From the IMG/VR virus record IMGVR_UViG_3300036770_007539, positions 124,001 through 188,000 of that record: a stretch of 64,000 bases of DNA; one strand, given 5' to 3'. Below the pieces are notes generated by a model. It had not been told where the DNA came from. It did no database searches and saw nothing but the letters and a program-made list of their open reading frames with translations. Positions 8,857 through 17,791 of this stretch are shown here, in pieces. Within the stretch, counting starts at the first letter, position 1; every line of letters begins with the position of its first letter. A program made the position numbers and the translations under genes.

Positions 8857-8940
8857 TGAGCCGTAAATCGGCTGCTGATGAACCGTAATTTGGCACTAAC
8901 CTGCCGACGAACCTAAAATCACCTGCCGATGAACCGTAAA
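8849..8940 (+). repeat. Four degenerate direct repeats, consensus about CCTGCYGAYGARCC(G)TAAA; a fifth copy lies inside the MCP at 8739-8757
   Basis: GCYGAYGAR cores start at 8852, 8874, 8903 and 8925 (spacing 22, 29, 22 bp) and at 8743. Confidence 0.85.
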
Positions 8941-8969
8941 AGGGCGCTGGAGAAATCCGGCGTCCTTTT
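8938..8969. terminator. Bidirectional intrinsic terminator between the convergent MCP and methyltransferase genes
   Basis: AAAAGGGCGCTGGA-GAAA-TCCGGCGTCCTTTT hairpin flanked by A and T runs. Confidence 0.8.
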
Positions 8970-10981
8970 CATTTTTTGCGCATAACGATCACTGGTTCAT
9001 TTTTAGATTTTCCTTCCAATCCAGTATAACTTAGATACAATTCATGATCATAATTAAAATATCTAGAAGCTATTGTTAATAGATCTTGTTTGTACTTATC
9101 GGAAATATTAATAATAAAACGCCCATTAGGTTTTAGCATCTTTTCAATATTTTCACAGGTTTTAATCCAATATCCAAGATAGGCATCATAGGATCCTAGA
9201 TTGCATTGCGTAGCTTCTGAGGAATAGATTTCAGTATCGTAGTAGGGTGGGGAGCTAAAGGCTAAACAAACCTTTTGATGAAGATCTTCTTGGAAGAATA
9301 TTTCAGATCCGATATTGTGCAGGTTACATTTTTCTTGTTTAAAAATAGCTTTAGAAAGTTTAATTAAATTATTATAGGATTCTGTCCAAGGTTCTGTCCC
9401 TACATAAGTTAGATTTTTATTGGACGCCATAGCTCCAACTAATCTCTGACCGAAACCAGCGGAATAATCATAAACAATACCATCTTGTTCAGCATAGGTG
9501 TCGTAGATGAATTTAGCCACAGTAGTCATAAACATACTGGGAGAGCTAGAGGCTCTAGAGTTTTTAAATCCTTGTCTAAGCATTGCTCCAGAGATATTAA
9601 AAGTTTCTTTGTAAGAGATTCCAAGGCGATTATCTAAAACTTTTAATAATAGATCGTCTTTATGAAAAGCATCTATCATGGATATTTTTTTATCAAAAGA
9701 AACTTGATAAAAGTTTTCAAAAAAATGTTTAGTTAATTTGTTGCCGGTGTAGTTTTTAACTTTGATTAAAGTGCCTTCTAAAACTGTAGAGCTGTCAAAA
9801 TCTTTGATATCTTTCCATTCATTTAATAGTTCTAGGTCTGAAAATTTTGGGTAAGGAAATCCAAAGCCTCTAAAATAGGAGAAAAGGTAATTTTTAATTT
9901 CTTCTCTTTCTTTGAGGTTTAGGGAGGCGATATAATCTTTGGTTAATTTTTGATCATTGTAGGAGATGATATCTGTGGAACCATAGTTATAAGGAGCGTT
10001 TGTTTGATTTGATAATGGTGGTTCCAGAGATATTCTAGCTAAAGTTTCTAAATAGTTATTGTATTTTCTAGACATTTTAATGGTAGAATTATTATAGATC
10101 CAATCTCCCAATAATTTAAACTTTTTCACTCCATGAAACTCTAAATGCATAATATTCTTGCTATTTTCTCTATATTTAATTTTTTTGCTTTTGTATGGAA
10201 TAATGTTTAAATTCTTTTGAACGACTTCAGATATGGCACAAAGCAATTCATCGGTTCCAGTAATGGAAATTAGAGGGGTCTTATAGTTTAAGACCGACCC
10301 ATCCCCGTCAATTACACCTCTGATAAAATGTCTATCTAAGTCGGAATTTAATCCGATAGGATATTGATTGGTAAAAGTCTTATTGGGATGGCAACCAATT
10401 TCTCCAAGTCTTTGTTTTAATTTTTGAGAGCACATTCTAAAAGTAGCAATTTCTTTATTGTTTCCATCAGTATGGATCATGACCCGATCTTTTTTGTAAA
10501 AGAACATAGATAATTGTTTTAAAACATCTTGGTCTTTGGATAGTAAACGAATGCTAATGTCATTTCCATTTTTGGAGATATTGCCATCCGACCACATCAA
10601 ACCTAAGAAATAAGCTTTTTCTTCGCAATCAATTTGATCCAAGATAGATTCATCCAAAGGATAAATTCTTTTGGATTCCGAATCGCTGCGGGCTTCGATA
10701 TTATTTCTTTTCAGAATTCTAAGAATGGTAGTACTGTGAATATTTAATTCTTTGGCAAGAATTTCTGAAGAAACGCCATCTTGATATTTTTGGATAATAT
10801 ATTGAGTAGTTTCGCTGGAGACTCTTGGGGCGGCTTGAGTGCGTTCGATGCCTCTTTTCCTAAGGAGGCGGGTAACGGAATTATTGTAAACTCCTAATTT
10901 CTCTCCAATTTCTTTGGGAGAGACGCCTGCTTGATATAGGCTAATGACTTCTTGGATAGTTTCTTCGGGTAATTTTTTCAT
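8969..10981 (-). CDS. Fusion protein: two HTHs + LAGLIDADG endonuclease + amino-DNA methyltransferase (SPPY type)
   Basis: AYFLGLMWSDG and RHFIRGVIDGDG (LAGLIDADG); VYDYSAGFGQRL (SAM-binding motif I), VGTEP and AFSSPPYY (catalytic motif IV). The only long minus-strand gene in the window. Confidence 0.85.
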   Translation of the reverse strand: MKKLPEETIQEVISLYQAGVSPKEIGEKLGVYNNSVTRLLRKRGIERTQAAPRVSSETTQYIIQKYQDGVSSEILAKELNIHSTTILRILKRNNIEARSDSESKRIYPLDESILDQIDCEEKAYFLGLMWSDGNISKNGNDISIRLLSKDQDVLKQLSMFFYKKDRVMIHTDGNNKEIATFRMCSQKLKQRLGEIGCHPNKTFTNQYPIGLNSDLDRHFIRGVIDGDGSVLNYKTPLISITGTDELLCAISEVVQKNLNIIPYKSKKIKYRENSKNIMHLEFHGVKKFKLLGDWIYNNSTIKMSRKYNNYLETLARISLEPPLSNQTNAPYNYGSTDIISYNDQKLTKDYIASLNLKEREEIKNYLFSYFRGFGFPYPKFSDLELLNEWKDIKDFDSSTVLEGTLIKVKNYTGNKLTKHFFENFYQVSFDKKISMIDAFHKDDLLLKVLDNRLGISYKETFNISGAMLRQGFKNSRASSSPSMFMTTVAKFIYDTYAEQDGIVYDYSAGFGQRLVGAMASNKNLTYVGTEPWTESYNNLIKLSKAIFKQEKCNLHNIGSEIFFQEDLHQKVCLAFSSPPYYDTEIYSSEATQCNLGSYDAYLGYWIKTCENIEKMLKPNGRFIINISDKYKQDLLTIASRYFNYDHELYLSYTGLEGKSKNEPVIVMRKK

Positions 10982-11099
10982 AATAAAATTTACTTAAAGC
11001 AAGTTTGAGCTGCTGTCAAGTTCAAATTATTATTGTCTTCAAACCAAATCGATAATAGATATTTTAAAGTTCTGGCTAATAATACAGTATTATTCTGAG

Positions 11100-11873
11100 A
11101 TGTTAAATTTAAAGGGAAAAGTAGAAATTTTAAAGAAGTTAGCGGCTGATTTTAATCAAGCTGTAGATGATGGTCTTATTCCCGTAGAAGTTACATATTC
11201 TGTGCAAGACAGCCGGGAAGATTTATCCATTGAAAGTCTAGCTAGAAAATCTTATTATAAAGCGGCTTTATCCAAAGAAGGATTAATTAAGCAAGCATTT
11301 GATACACGTAAATTCAATTCAGAAACGGATCGCAATCCAAGAGCTGGATTGCAGCATTATCATCGTTCGGATGAATTTATTAACACAGACGATCAGAAGA
11401 AAATAGAAATATTATCTAGATTAATTCGTCCATTAAATTCCTTAAAGAATAAATATGGAAGCGATACAGATTGGCATGATAGTTATGCCAGAGTTTTATT
11501 GGATAATTTAAATAAGACCTTAATTGTTAAGGAATCGGACGTAGAGATTTTCCGTCCTCAAGTAGAGTATTTGTCTCAGATATTGGATTTGCGATATCGT
11601 TTAAGTTTGGATGATATTGCAAAAATGTCTGCTGATCAATTGAGCGAAGCAATCTTGAAAAAAGATGAGAAGTTATTGAAGAAGGGTGCATTTATTAAAG
11701 AGATGGTAAGCAGAGAAGAGAAGTCTGTGCCAGTAGTTAAAGATGGAAATGGTGGGTTGACTCAAGAGTCTATTGTAAATGCAATCTTTGGAAATAACAA
11801 TATTCGGAGAGAGGGAGAGAAGACGGTAGAGAGAACGATAACGATTACAATTAAAGATACAGTTTTAGATTGA
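11100..11873 (+). CDS. Hypothetical protein
   Basis: 257-aa ORF with K-x-A motifs; no recognised domain. Confidence 0.6.
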   Translation: MLNLKGKVEILKKLAADFNQAVDDGLIPVEVTYSVQDSREDLSIESLARKSYYKAALSKEGLIKQAFDTRKFNSETDRNPRAGLQHYHRSDEFINTDDQKKIEILSRLIRPLNSLKNKYGSDTDWHDSYARVLLDNLNKTLIVKESDVEIFRPQVEYLSQILDLRYRLSLDDIAKMSADQLSEAILKKDEKLLKKGAFIKEMVSREEKSVPVVKDGNGGLTQESIVNAIFGNNNIRREGEKTVERTITITIKDTVLD

Positions 11874-11885
11874 TATATAGAATGT

Positions 11886-12515
11886 ATGGCAAATGTTTAT
11901 CGAACTACGGAATTTGAAAAAAATTCTTCTACACGATTTGTAGTTAAGAACATAGCTCCTCGTGGTAAGAGGATTCAAGTATTTCGTTATCCGATCGCTA
12001 ATCAGCAGACTCGTGATTTGTTGGCAATTCCTTATGTTTCTGAAGCGGACATTCGTCATTCTTTATTGAAGGGCGAATTGATGATGAAGATTAGAAATAA
12101 GGAGATTGAGGTAATAGAGAGTGATATTGATTTATTGCAATTTAACAATGAGCAGAAGCAATTTTTAAAGAATGCTGGGGTAGTGAAAGGATTGGAGATT
12201 GGTATTGAGCAACTGGACCCTAGTGTTTCATTGGGTGGTGGTGGTTTGCCGGTTCGTGAGAACGTGATGTTGTTGGGCGTTAGGGATGGTGTAAATCGAA
12301 TATTTATGACACCTGAGAAGTTTATAGAAGGAACGTATTTAGGTTCTACTTATAGTATTCGGATACGTCATAATGGTAGAGGATTAGATCCTGATTTGGA
12401 TTATGATCTTTCGGAGAGTGGCGGGGCTGGGACGGGATATGACACGATCTTTTTTAAGTCGTTTACTCCGTCTTTATTTAATAGTATATTAGCGGACTAT
12501 ACGGTTAAGCCTTAA
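11886..12515 (+). CDS. Hypothetical virion protein
   Basis: 209 aa; C-terminal DGVNRIF...HNGRGL...DYDL pattern is typical of small phage structural beta domains; N-terminus resembles ORF 16433. Confidence 0.55.
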   Translation: MANVYRTTEFEKNSSTRFVVKNIAPRGKRIQVFRYPIANQQTRDLLAIPYVSEADIRHSLLKGELMMKIRNKEIEVIESDIDLLQFNNEQKQFLKNAGVVKGLEIGIEQLDPSVSLGGGGLPVRENVMLLGVRDGVNRIFMTPEKFIEGTYLGSTYSIRIRHNGRGLDPDLDYDLSESGGAGTGYDTIFFKSFTPSLFNSILADYTVKP

Positions 12516-12564
12516 AATATTGTGAGGTTATCGCAATATTATTATATTTAGATATAAGGAAATT

Positions 12565-13077
12565 ATGTCAGCGGTATTCATAGATAATGTAACTGGAGAG
12601 TTAAAATATCAAGGACCTAATAGTACTCCTGCGGTATTATCGGATGGATATGGGGTAGTTCCATTAGTTCCGATGGTAATGCCTTATACATTATTAACTG
12701 GGGTACAGACAGCTGACAGCTCAGTATTTGCTGGATTAGGTGCTAGAGAATTGGATCCTAGTGTAATGTTTGCTGGTAATAGTAAAATAACACGTTCGGT
12801 AGAATTTCGAGTATTACTAGAGGCTACTACTGGGGTAACGGCAGAGGTCAGGCTATATAATTTGGATACGGGGTCTGCGGTTAGCGGATCGACATTAACG
12901 ACCAGCTCGAACAGTCCGGTATTATTGACGGCTGCATTAACTGTAGGAACTGCGCCTGATTTGGTGGATGCAACTCAAAATTATGAATTGCAGTTAAGGA
13001 TCTCGGCACCTGGGTCTCCTGGGGTTACGGATCGAGCAATTTGCAAGATGGCAGAAGTAGTATTTAATTATAGCTAA
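12565..13077 (+). CDS. Hypothetical virion protein (beta-rich)
   Basis: 170 aa, T/S/V/G-rich, AAGGA RBS, late-promoter-like motif upstream. Confidence 0.6.
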   Translation: MSAVFIDNVTGELKYQGPNSTPAVLSDGYGVVPLVPMVMPYTLLTGVQTADSSVFAGLGARELDPSVMFAGNSKITRSVEFRVLLEATTGVTAEVRLYNLDTGSAVSGSTLTTSSNSPVLLTAALTVGTAPDLVDATQNYELQLRISAPGSPGVTDRAICKMAEVVFNYS

Positions 13078-13115
13078 TATTTTAATATAATGTAAAGTTT
13101 TTAAAAGGTTTATTT

Positions 13116-14078
13116 ATGGCAATAGTAGCATCTACCAATCAAACAATTTCTACTTGGACTCAGGGAATTTTTAATGTTAAAGAAACATTAAAACTAGCAG
13201 GCTGGCAAGTCTTATCATCTAGTGATGGCACCACATACAATAGCACTTCTGATATTATAACTAGTGCAAGTTCCGGCGCTAATGGTTTGGGAAACACTAA
13301 TGCTTGGTTTAGAATACAATCTCCTGATGGATATGCCGAATATGTTTTCCAAAAAGGAAATGATGCAGATAATAGAAATTGGAGAGTGGTATTTAGTGGA
13401 GACACTATTTCTGGTGGATTTATAGGTGGAACTCCTAATGCTTCAACAATTCCTACTGCTACGGATGGAGTTCCACTAAGAGACGCTAGCGTACAGTTAT
13501 TTTCACAAACAATTGGCACTGCGGCTCCGAGATTTCATGTGGTAGCAGATGATGCAGCGCCTTATACTTGGTGGTTTGGAAGCTGGCAAAGCACCACAGG
13601 AGCTTTGAGTAATCATGGTGGAATGATTCATGATGTTTGTACAGCGTTAACTCCAGGAGATCCTTCTGGATATATTGCTTATCTTTCAAGCTCTTCATTT
13701 ACTACTGTAACATACATAAATGGAACTGCTGTTGGTCCTGGTGGAAGTACGACCTGGCATTTAGTATGTAGAACTCAAAATAATACTGGATGGACCGTTC
13801 CAGAAGGTCATTCATTTTCTATAGGCTCTACAGGACATACTACTTATCTTAACAGCGTAGCTAATCCTTTAACTTTAAAGGATGAATTGCTTCCGGTAAT
13901 CTACACCATATCCAGCAATAATTCTACTAATTTTTCTTGGAAAGGTGTTGCTACTATGATGCGGTGGAAGTCCATATCTAGACCCGTAACATCCACATAT
14001 ACGGTTAATACTACTAGGGATAGAGTTATTTTTGATTCTATCTCATTGCCTTGGGACGGTTCAGTACCATTGGTGTAA
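13116..14078 (+). CDS. Hypothetical virion protein (fibre/appendage-like)
   Basis: 320 aa, T/S/G/W-rich; starts with an LKLAGWQVLSSSDG motif; promoter-like motif upstream. Confidence 0.6.
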   Translation: MAIVASTNQTISTWTQGIFNVKETLKLAGWQVLSSSDGTTYNSTSDIITSASSGANGLGNTNAWFRIQSPDGYAEYVFQKGNDADNRNWRVVFSGDTISGGFIGGTPNASTIPTATDGVPLRDASVQLFSQTIGTAAPRFHVVADDAAPYTWWFGSWQSTTGALSNHGGMIHDVCTALTPGDPSGYIAYLSSSSFTTVTYINGTAVGPGGSTTWHLVCRTQNNTGWTVPEGHSFSIGSTGHTTYLNSVANPLTLKDELLPVIYTISSNNSTNFSWKGVATMMRWKSISRPVTSTYTVNTTRDRVIFDSISLPWDGSVPLV

Positions 14079-14081
14079 TTT

Positions 14082-14453
14082 ATGGCTGATTATGACGCTC
14101 AAGATCAAATAATTGCATATTTTCAATTGGCGGATTCTGCCATGTGGAATCCTCTTGAATTTGCCGCACAAGATCAGATAATATCTAGTTTTCCAGCAGA
14201 AGAATCTGCTCAATATAATCCTCTTTTTTTCTTTGCTCAAGAAACTGTTTCTCAAATTTTTACACCGCCAGCAACTCCTGGACCTACCACTTATTACGCT
14301 ATGCGTGCTATCGATCCAGACTGTCCAACTTTAACTTATGTATCTTGGGTTGTTGAAAATTCTCCTGACATTACTGGCTCTCAATATACCGGCGCAAGAT
14401 GCGGCGCATCTCCATTAATTGATATTACAATTACTGCAAAATGGCAAGAATAA
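14082..14453 (+). CDS. Small hypothetical protein with an internal tandem repeat
   Basis: AQDQII..F...SA..NPL.F.AQ unit repeated twice. Confidence 0.6.
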   Translation: MADYDAQDQIIAYFQLADSAMWNPLEFAAQDQIISSFPAEESAQYNPLFFFAQETVSQIFTPPATPGPTTYYAMRAIDPDCPTLTYVSWVVENSPDITGSQYTGARCGASPLIDITITAKWQE

Positions 14454-14470
14454 TGATATAGTTCTTTTAT

Positions 14471-15571
14471 ATGAAAGAATTATATTTAGATGCAAATGCA
14501 CATATTCCAGTAAGTAAAGAAACATTAAAATATTTTACAGAATTAAACTCCTCTGTTTCAGGTCATGGACATCCAAGTTCCTTAACGACCCCTGGCAGAA
14601 GAGCAGCTAATTTAATTGAAGATTCTCGCGCTAAAATAGCGGAATTAATCGGCGCTCAATCTTCTAGTCAAATTATTTTTACTTATGGTTGCACTCATGC
14701 TTGTGAGTGGGGCTTGGAAATTCTATTTAATCAAACTGCTGAAAAAGAAAATGTTCGTATAGGACCATACGAACATACAGCGGTAACAGATGTATATGAC
14801 AAATATCACAAGTCAAGAATTACCAAAAATAATTTTGATTATTTTGAAAATAACAATGGAAAATTATATAACTTAATGGGATTTCCATTGAAAGGAAGTT
14901 CAATTTTAATGCATATGCAGAATGAATTTGGAACAGTATTTGATCTTAAAAAATTTAAAGCTGATAGAATTTTTTCTGATATGAGTCAATCTTTAGGAAA
15001 AATTCCGGTAAACGTTACAGAATTAGACATAGATATAGGTGCTTTTGCCTGTCATAAATTTGGAGGCATGAATGGGCTTGGTTTTATATATCTTAAGGAT
15101 GCTAGCTGGTGGGTTCCTTTTGGGACTGGCTCACGTTATTACACTGATCGAACGGGTACTCCAGACGCTTGTATGGTTGCGGCTTCTGCCTTCGCTCTAG
15201 AAAAAGCATTGGCTTCATTTCAAGAACGTTTTCAACGCTGTCAAGAATTTCAATCCATTATTGAACCTGAACTAAAATCTTTAGGTTATTATGTAGTAGC
15301 TGAGGATACTTGTCGCTCACCTAATACCACCTTTATACATAAAAAAAGTGCTATTAATGACTTATTAAAATTAAACAATAATAATATTTATTGCGGGTTA
15401 GGTTCTGCTTGTGGATCCCATGCTACAGGCGTCAGTAAATCTTTAAAGAATTTTGTATATCCTTTGGAATATAAAGGCTCGTCTCCTCATGACTTTATTA
15501 GAATGTCACAATGGGGAGAGTATGGAAAAAAAGAAGCTAAAAAAGTTATTGATGTTTTAAGGAAAACTTGA
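14471..15571 (+). CDS. iscS: Cysteine desulfurase, IscS/NifS family (PLP-dependent)
   Basis: LYLDANA, GHPSSL, IIFTYGCT, EHTAV, DMSQSLGK, HKFGG (PLP lysine), RTGT and GSACGS (catalytic Cys). Confidence 0.85.
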   Translation: MKELYLDANAHIPVSKETLKYFTELNSSVSGHGHPSSLTTPGRRAANLIEDSRAKIAELIGAQSSSQIIFTYGCTHACEWGLEILFNQTAEKENVRIGPYEHTAVTDVYDKYHKSRITKNNFDYFENNNGKLYNLMGFPLKGSSILMHMQNEFGTVFDLKKFKADRIFSDMSQSLGKIPVNVTELDIDIGAFACHKFGGMNGLGFIYLKDASWWVPFGTGSRYYTDRTGTPDACMVAASAFALEKALASFQERFQRCQEFQSIIEPELKSLGYYVVAEDTCRSPNTTFIHKKSAINDLLKLNNNNIYCGLGSACGSHATGVSKSLKNFVYPLEYKGSSPHDFIRMSQWGEYGKKEAKKVIDVLRKT

Positions 15572-15888
15572 AACATGTTAAAGGACTGCCAAAAATAAAA
15601 TGTGAAATATCTGAATGCAGTATCACAGATCCAGCAGCATTACATTATCATCATGTCATAGAACAAAATGAATTGCAAACAGATAACAGCATTTGGAATC
15701 TTTGCGTAATTTGCGCTGTACATCATAATTTAGTTCATGCTGGAAAGTTAAAAATCATTGGACCCTATCCATCAACCCATGATAATGGGAGAACTTTAGT
15801 TTATGAATTAAATGGGGTATGCAATATTCCAGGGATAAATAAACCATACTATCAACCAAAGCCAAAAGGCATTAAATTAAGGAAGTAA
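15568..15888 (+). CDS. Small HNH-like zinc-binding protein
   Basis: C-x4-C...HYHHV...NLCVICAVHHNLVH. Confidence 0.65.
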   Translation: MKHVKGLPKIKCEISECSITDPAALHYHHVIEQNELQTDNSIWNLCVICAVHHNLVHAGKLKIIGPYPSTHDNGRTLVYELNGVCNIPGINKPYYQPKPKGIKLRK

Positions 15889-15889
15889 T

Positions 15890-16159
15890 ATGACAGGTAA
15901 AAGCGAAAAAGAAATGAGAAAAACAGTTTTGCACATGGCGAAATTATTAGGGTGTGCCCCAGAAGTACAAGCAATATTTAATAAATATGATGTATTACTA
16001 AAGCAAGCAATTGATCCCAATGAAAGATATCAAATTGGATTATCTGGTGTTAAAGAATTGCATACATTAATGGGAATGAGAGGCGCTCTAATTGTTAATG
16101 GACAAATTATTTTACCGCCAGATAAAAATTTCGATCCTAATAAATATATTATTTCATAA
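15890..16159 (+). CDS. Hypothetical protein
   Basis: 89-aa ORF with AAGGAAG RBS, tightly packed in the operon. Confidence 0.6.
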   Translation: MTGKSEKEMRKTVLHMAKLLGCAPEVQAIFNKYDVLLKQAIDPNERYQIGLSGVKELHTLMGMRGALIVNGQIILPPDKNFDPNKYIIS

Positions 16160-16208
16160 TTAAACGATCAATATATCCATAATCATGCATTTCATTAGGA
16201 ATATGAAT

Positions 16209-16436
16209 ATGGAAAAACAATTCACAGGTAAAGTTATTTGGTTTAACCCTAAAAATGGCTATGGCTTTATTGAATGGTCAGATGATGGAGTAAAGCAAAA
16301 AGATATGTTCGTTCATTTTTCTGATATTGTTTGCGAGGGATTTAAAACCCTCACAAAAGATCAGCAAGTTACCTTTAAATTAGGAAAAAATCATAGCGGC
16401 AATCCAAAAGCCGTTGAAGTTACCGTTGCTAAATGA
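16209..16436 (+). CDS. Cold-shock domain protein (CspA family)
   Basis: TGKVIWFNPKNGYGFI, DMFVHFSDI, GFKTL; start chosen 8 nt after AGGA. Confidence 0.9.
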   Translation: MEKQFTGKVIWFNPKNGYGFIEWSDDGVKQKDMFVHFSDIVCEGFKTLTKDQQVTFKLGKNHSGNPKAVEVTVAK

Positions 16437-16834
16437 AATTTTTAATTCATAATCGTTCTAGAGTGGCGGTTTCAATAGGTGATTTGAGAATTACTATTCC
16501 ACCTGGAAAAACTATTGATTTATTAAAAAATAAAATTGGAATAACTTTAGAACAAATAGAAACTTCTTATAAATCAGGATCTATCTTTAAAAAAAAAGAT
16601 AAGTTATTTAAAGTAGAAGAACCACCAAATCCATTTAAATTATCAGAGATTCAAGTATCTAAAATAGCAGGAATGACAGATAATCCAATTGGATATTTTT
16701 CTAAAAACACATCTGTTTATAACGATGTCTTTGGCGAAGACGTTAATATCTCAGATGACGAATTTATTAAAAAATTAATAGAAGAAGAGCAAATGTTATG
16801 GAATCCTCATGAGAGGAAGAAAGAAAAGAAATAA
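16433..16834 (+). CDS. Hypothetical protein
   Basis: 133 aa, coupled to the Csp gene; resembles the N-terminus of ORF 11886. Confidence 0.6.
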   Translation: MKFLIHNRSRVAVSIGDLRITIPPGKTIDLLKNKIGITLEQIETSYKSGSIFKKKDKLFKVEEPPNPFKLSEIQVSKIAGMTDNPIGYFSKNTSVYNDVFGEDVNISDDEFIKKLIEEEQMLWNPHERKKEKK

Positions 16835-16871
16835 CATCTTGTTATGATTGCCAATATTTTTGTATATTTTT

Positions 16872-17777
16872 ATGGCAACTTTAAAACCCCGCTCTCAAAT
16901 TATCCATCCTACCGAAGGGGTAAGTCTACGTGCGCAATTTTATGATTTAAATGGCGATCCGGTAGATCTAGTATCCGTTCCTCAAGTTGCAATCATTCAG
17001 CCAAGCGGAAACGTAGCCGTAGGACCAACTACAGTTGGAGTCTATCGTGTAGATACTGGTTTATATGGATTTGATTATACAACGGCATTGCAGACCAGCC
17101 AAGGAGTTTGGGTGGATTTATGGCGAGGTCAAATTCCATCGGGTCAAACTATTGTTAAAGAATTTAATTTTACAGTATTTTATACTCAAACACCATTAGC
17201 GAATAGCGATGGTTACTGGGCTTTAGGAGATGATGTACCATTTAATTATTCTCAAACTGCAATATTAAATATTAATAAATTATTAAAGGGATTAAAAGCC
17301 AGATTAAAATCCAGTGGAAAATCAGCTGGAGTAGATCAATTTAATAATCCAATTTATGTAGATTGTGATATTTATAGTACAGATCAGTTAGTTACATTTT
17401 TAGCAGAATCATTGAGTATGTTTAATCAAATTCCTCATTTTACAGCTTTTGAATTTCATCATACAGAAATTATTACAATATTTTATGATATTTTAGTTCA
17501 GGGTGCAACATTATTAGCCCTATCTAGCCAGGCTTTGATTGAAAGAGGAAGAGAATATAATCTCACAGACAATGGTGTTAGCTTGACCCCTCCAACAATT
17601 AGCGAATTGCTTAATACGCAATGGAGCACGGAGCTAACAAATCACATGGAAAAGTTGAAGATGATTAAGGCGTCAATGAAGCCAATCGCGTTGGGTTTGG
17701 GTACGCTAACAGGAAGCGTTGCCCGCGCTCCACAATTCGCCCGTCTCCGTTGGCTCAGAGCCCGTCAAATCTACTGA
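16872..17777 (+). CDS. Putative neck / head-tail adaptor protein with N-terminal Ig-like domain
   Basis: ATG at 16872; beta-rich N-terminus (TGLYGFDY, GVWVDLW) and helical C-terminus with YNLTDNGVSL, an adaptor-like pattern; located between head and tail genes. Confidence 0.55.
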   Translation: MATLKPRSQIIHPTEGVSLRAQFYDLNGDPVDLVSVPQVAIIQPSGNVAVGPTTVGVYRVDTGLYGFDYTTALQTSQGVWVDLWRGQIPSGQTIVKEFNFTVFYTQTPLANSDGYWALGDDVPFNYSQTAILNINKLLKGLKARLKSSGKSAGVDQFNNPIYVDCDIYSTDQLVTFLAESLSMFNQIPHFTAFEFHHTEIITIFYDILVQGATLLALSSQALIERGREYNLTDNGVSLTPPTISELLNTQWSTELTNHMEKLKMIKASMKPIALGLGTLTGSVARAPQFARLRWLRARQIY

Positions 17778-17791
17778 TAAAAGGAAAAGAA

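Noticed and set aside
8849-8940. CRISPR array or hammerhead ribozyme (CTGATGA followed by a stem)
   Set aside because: Repeats are degenerate with only about 3-10 nt between them, so there are no spacers; the GAAA needed after hammerhead stem II is absent.
8969-10981. Intein inside a methyltransferase
   Set aside because: The LAGLIDADG region is N-terminal rather than nested, and no C/S start or HN-C/S/T end motifs are visible.
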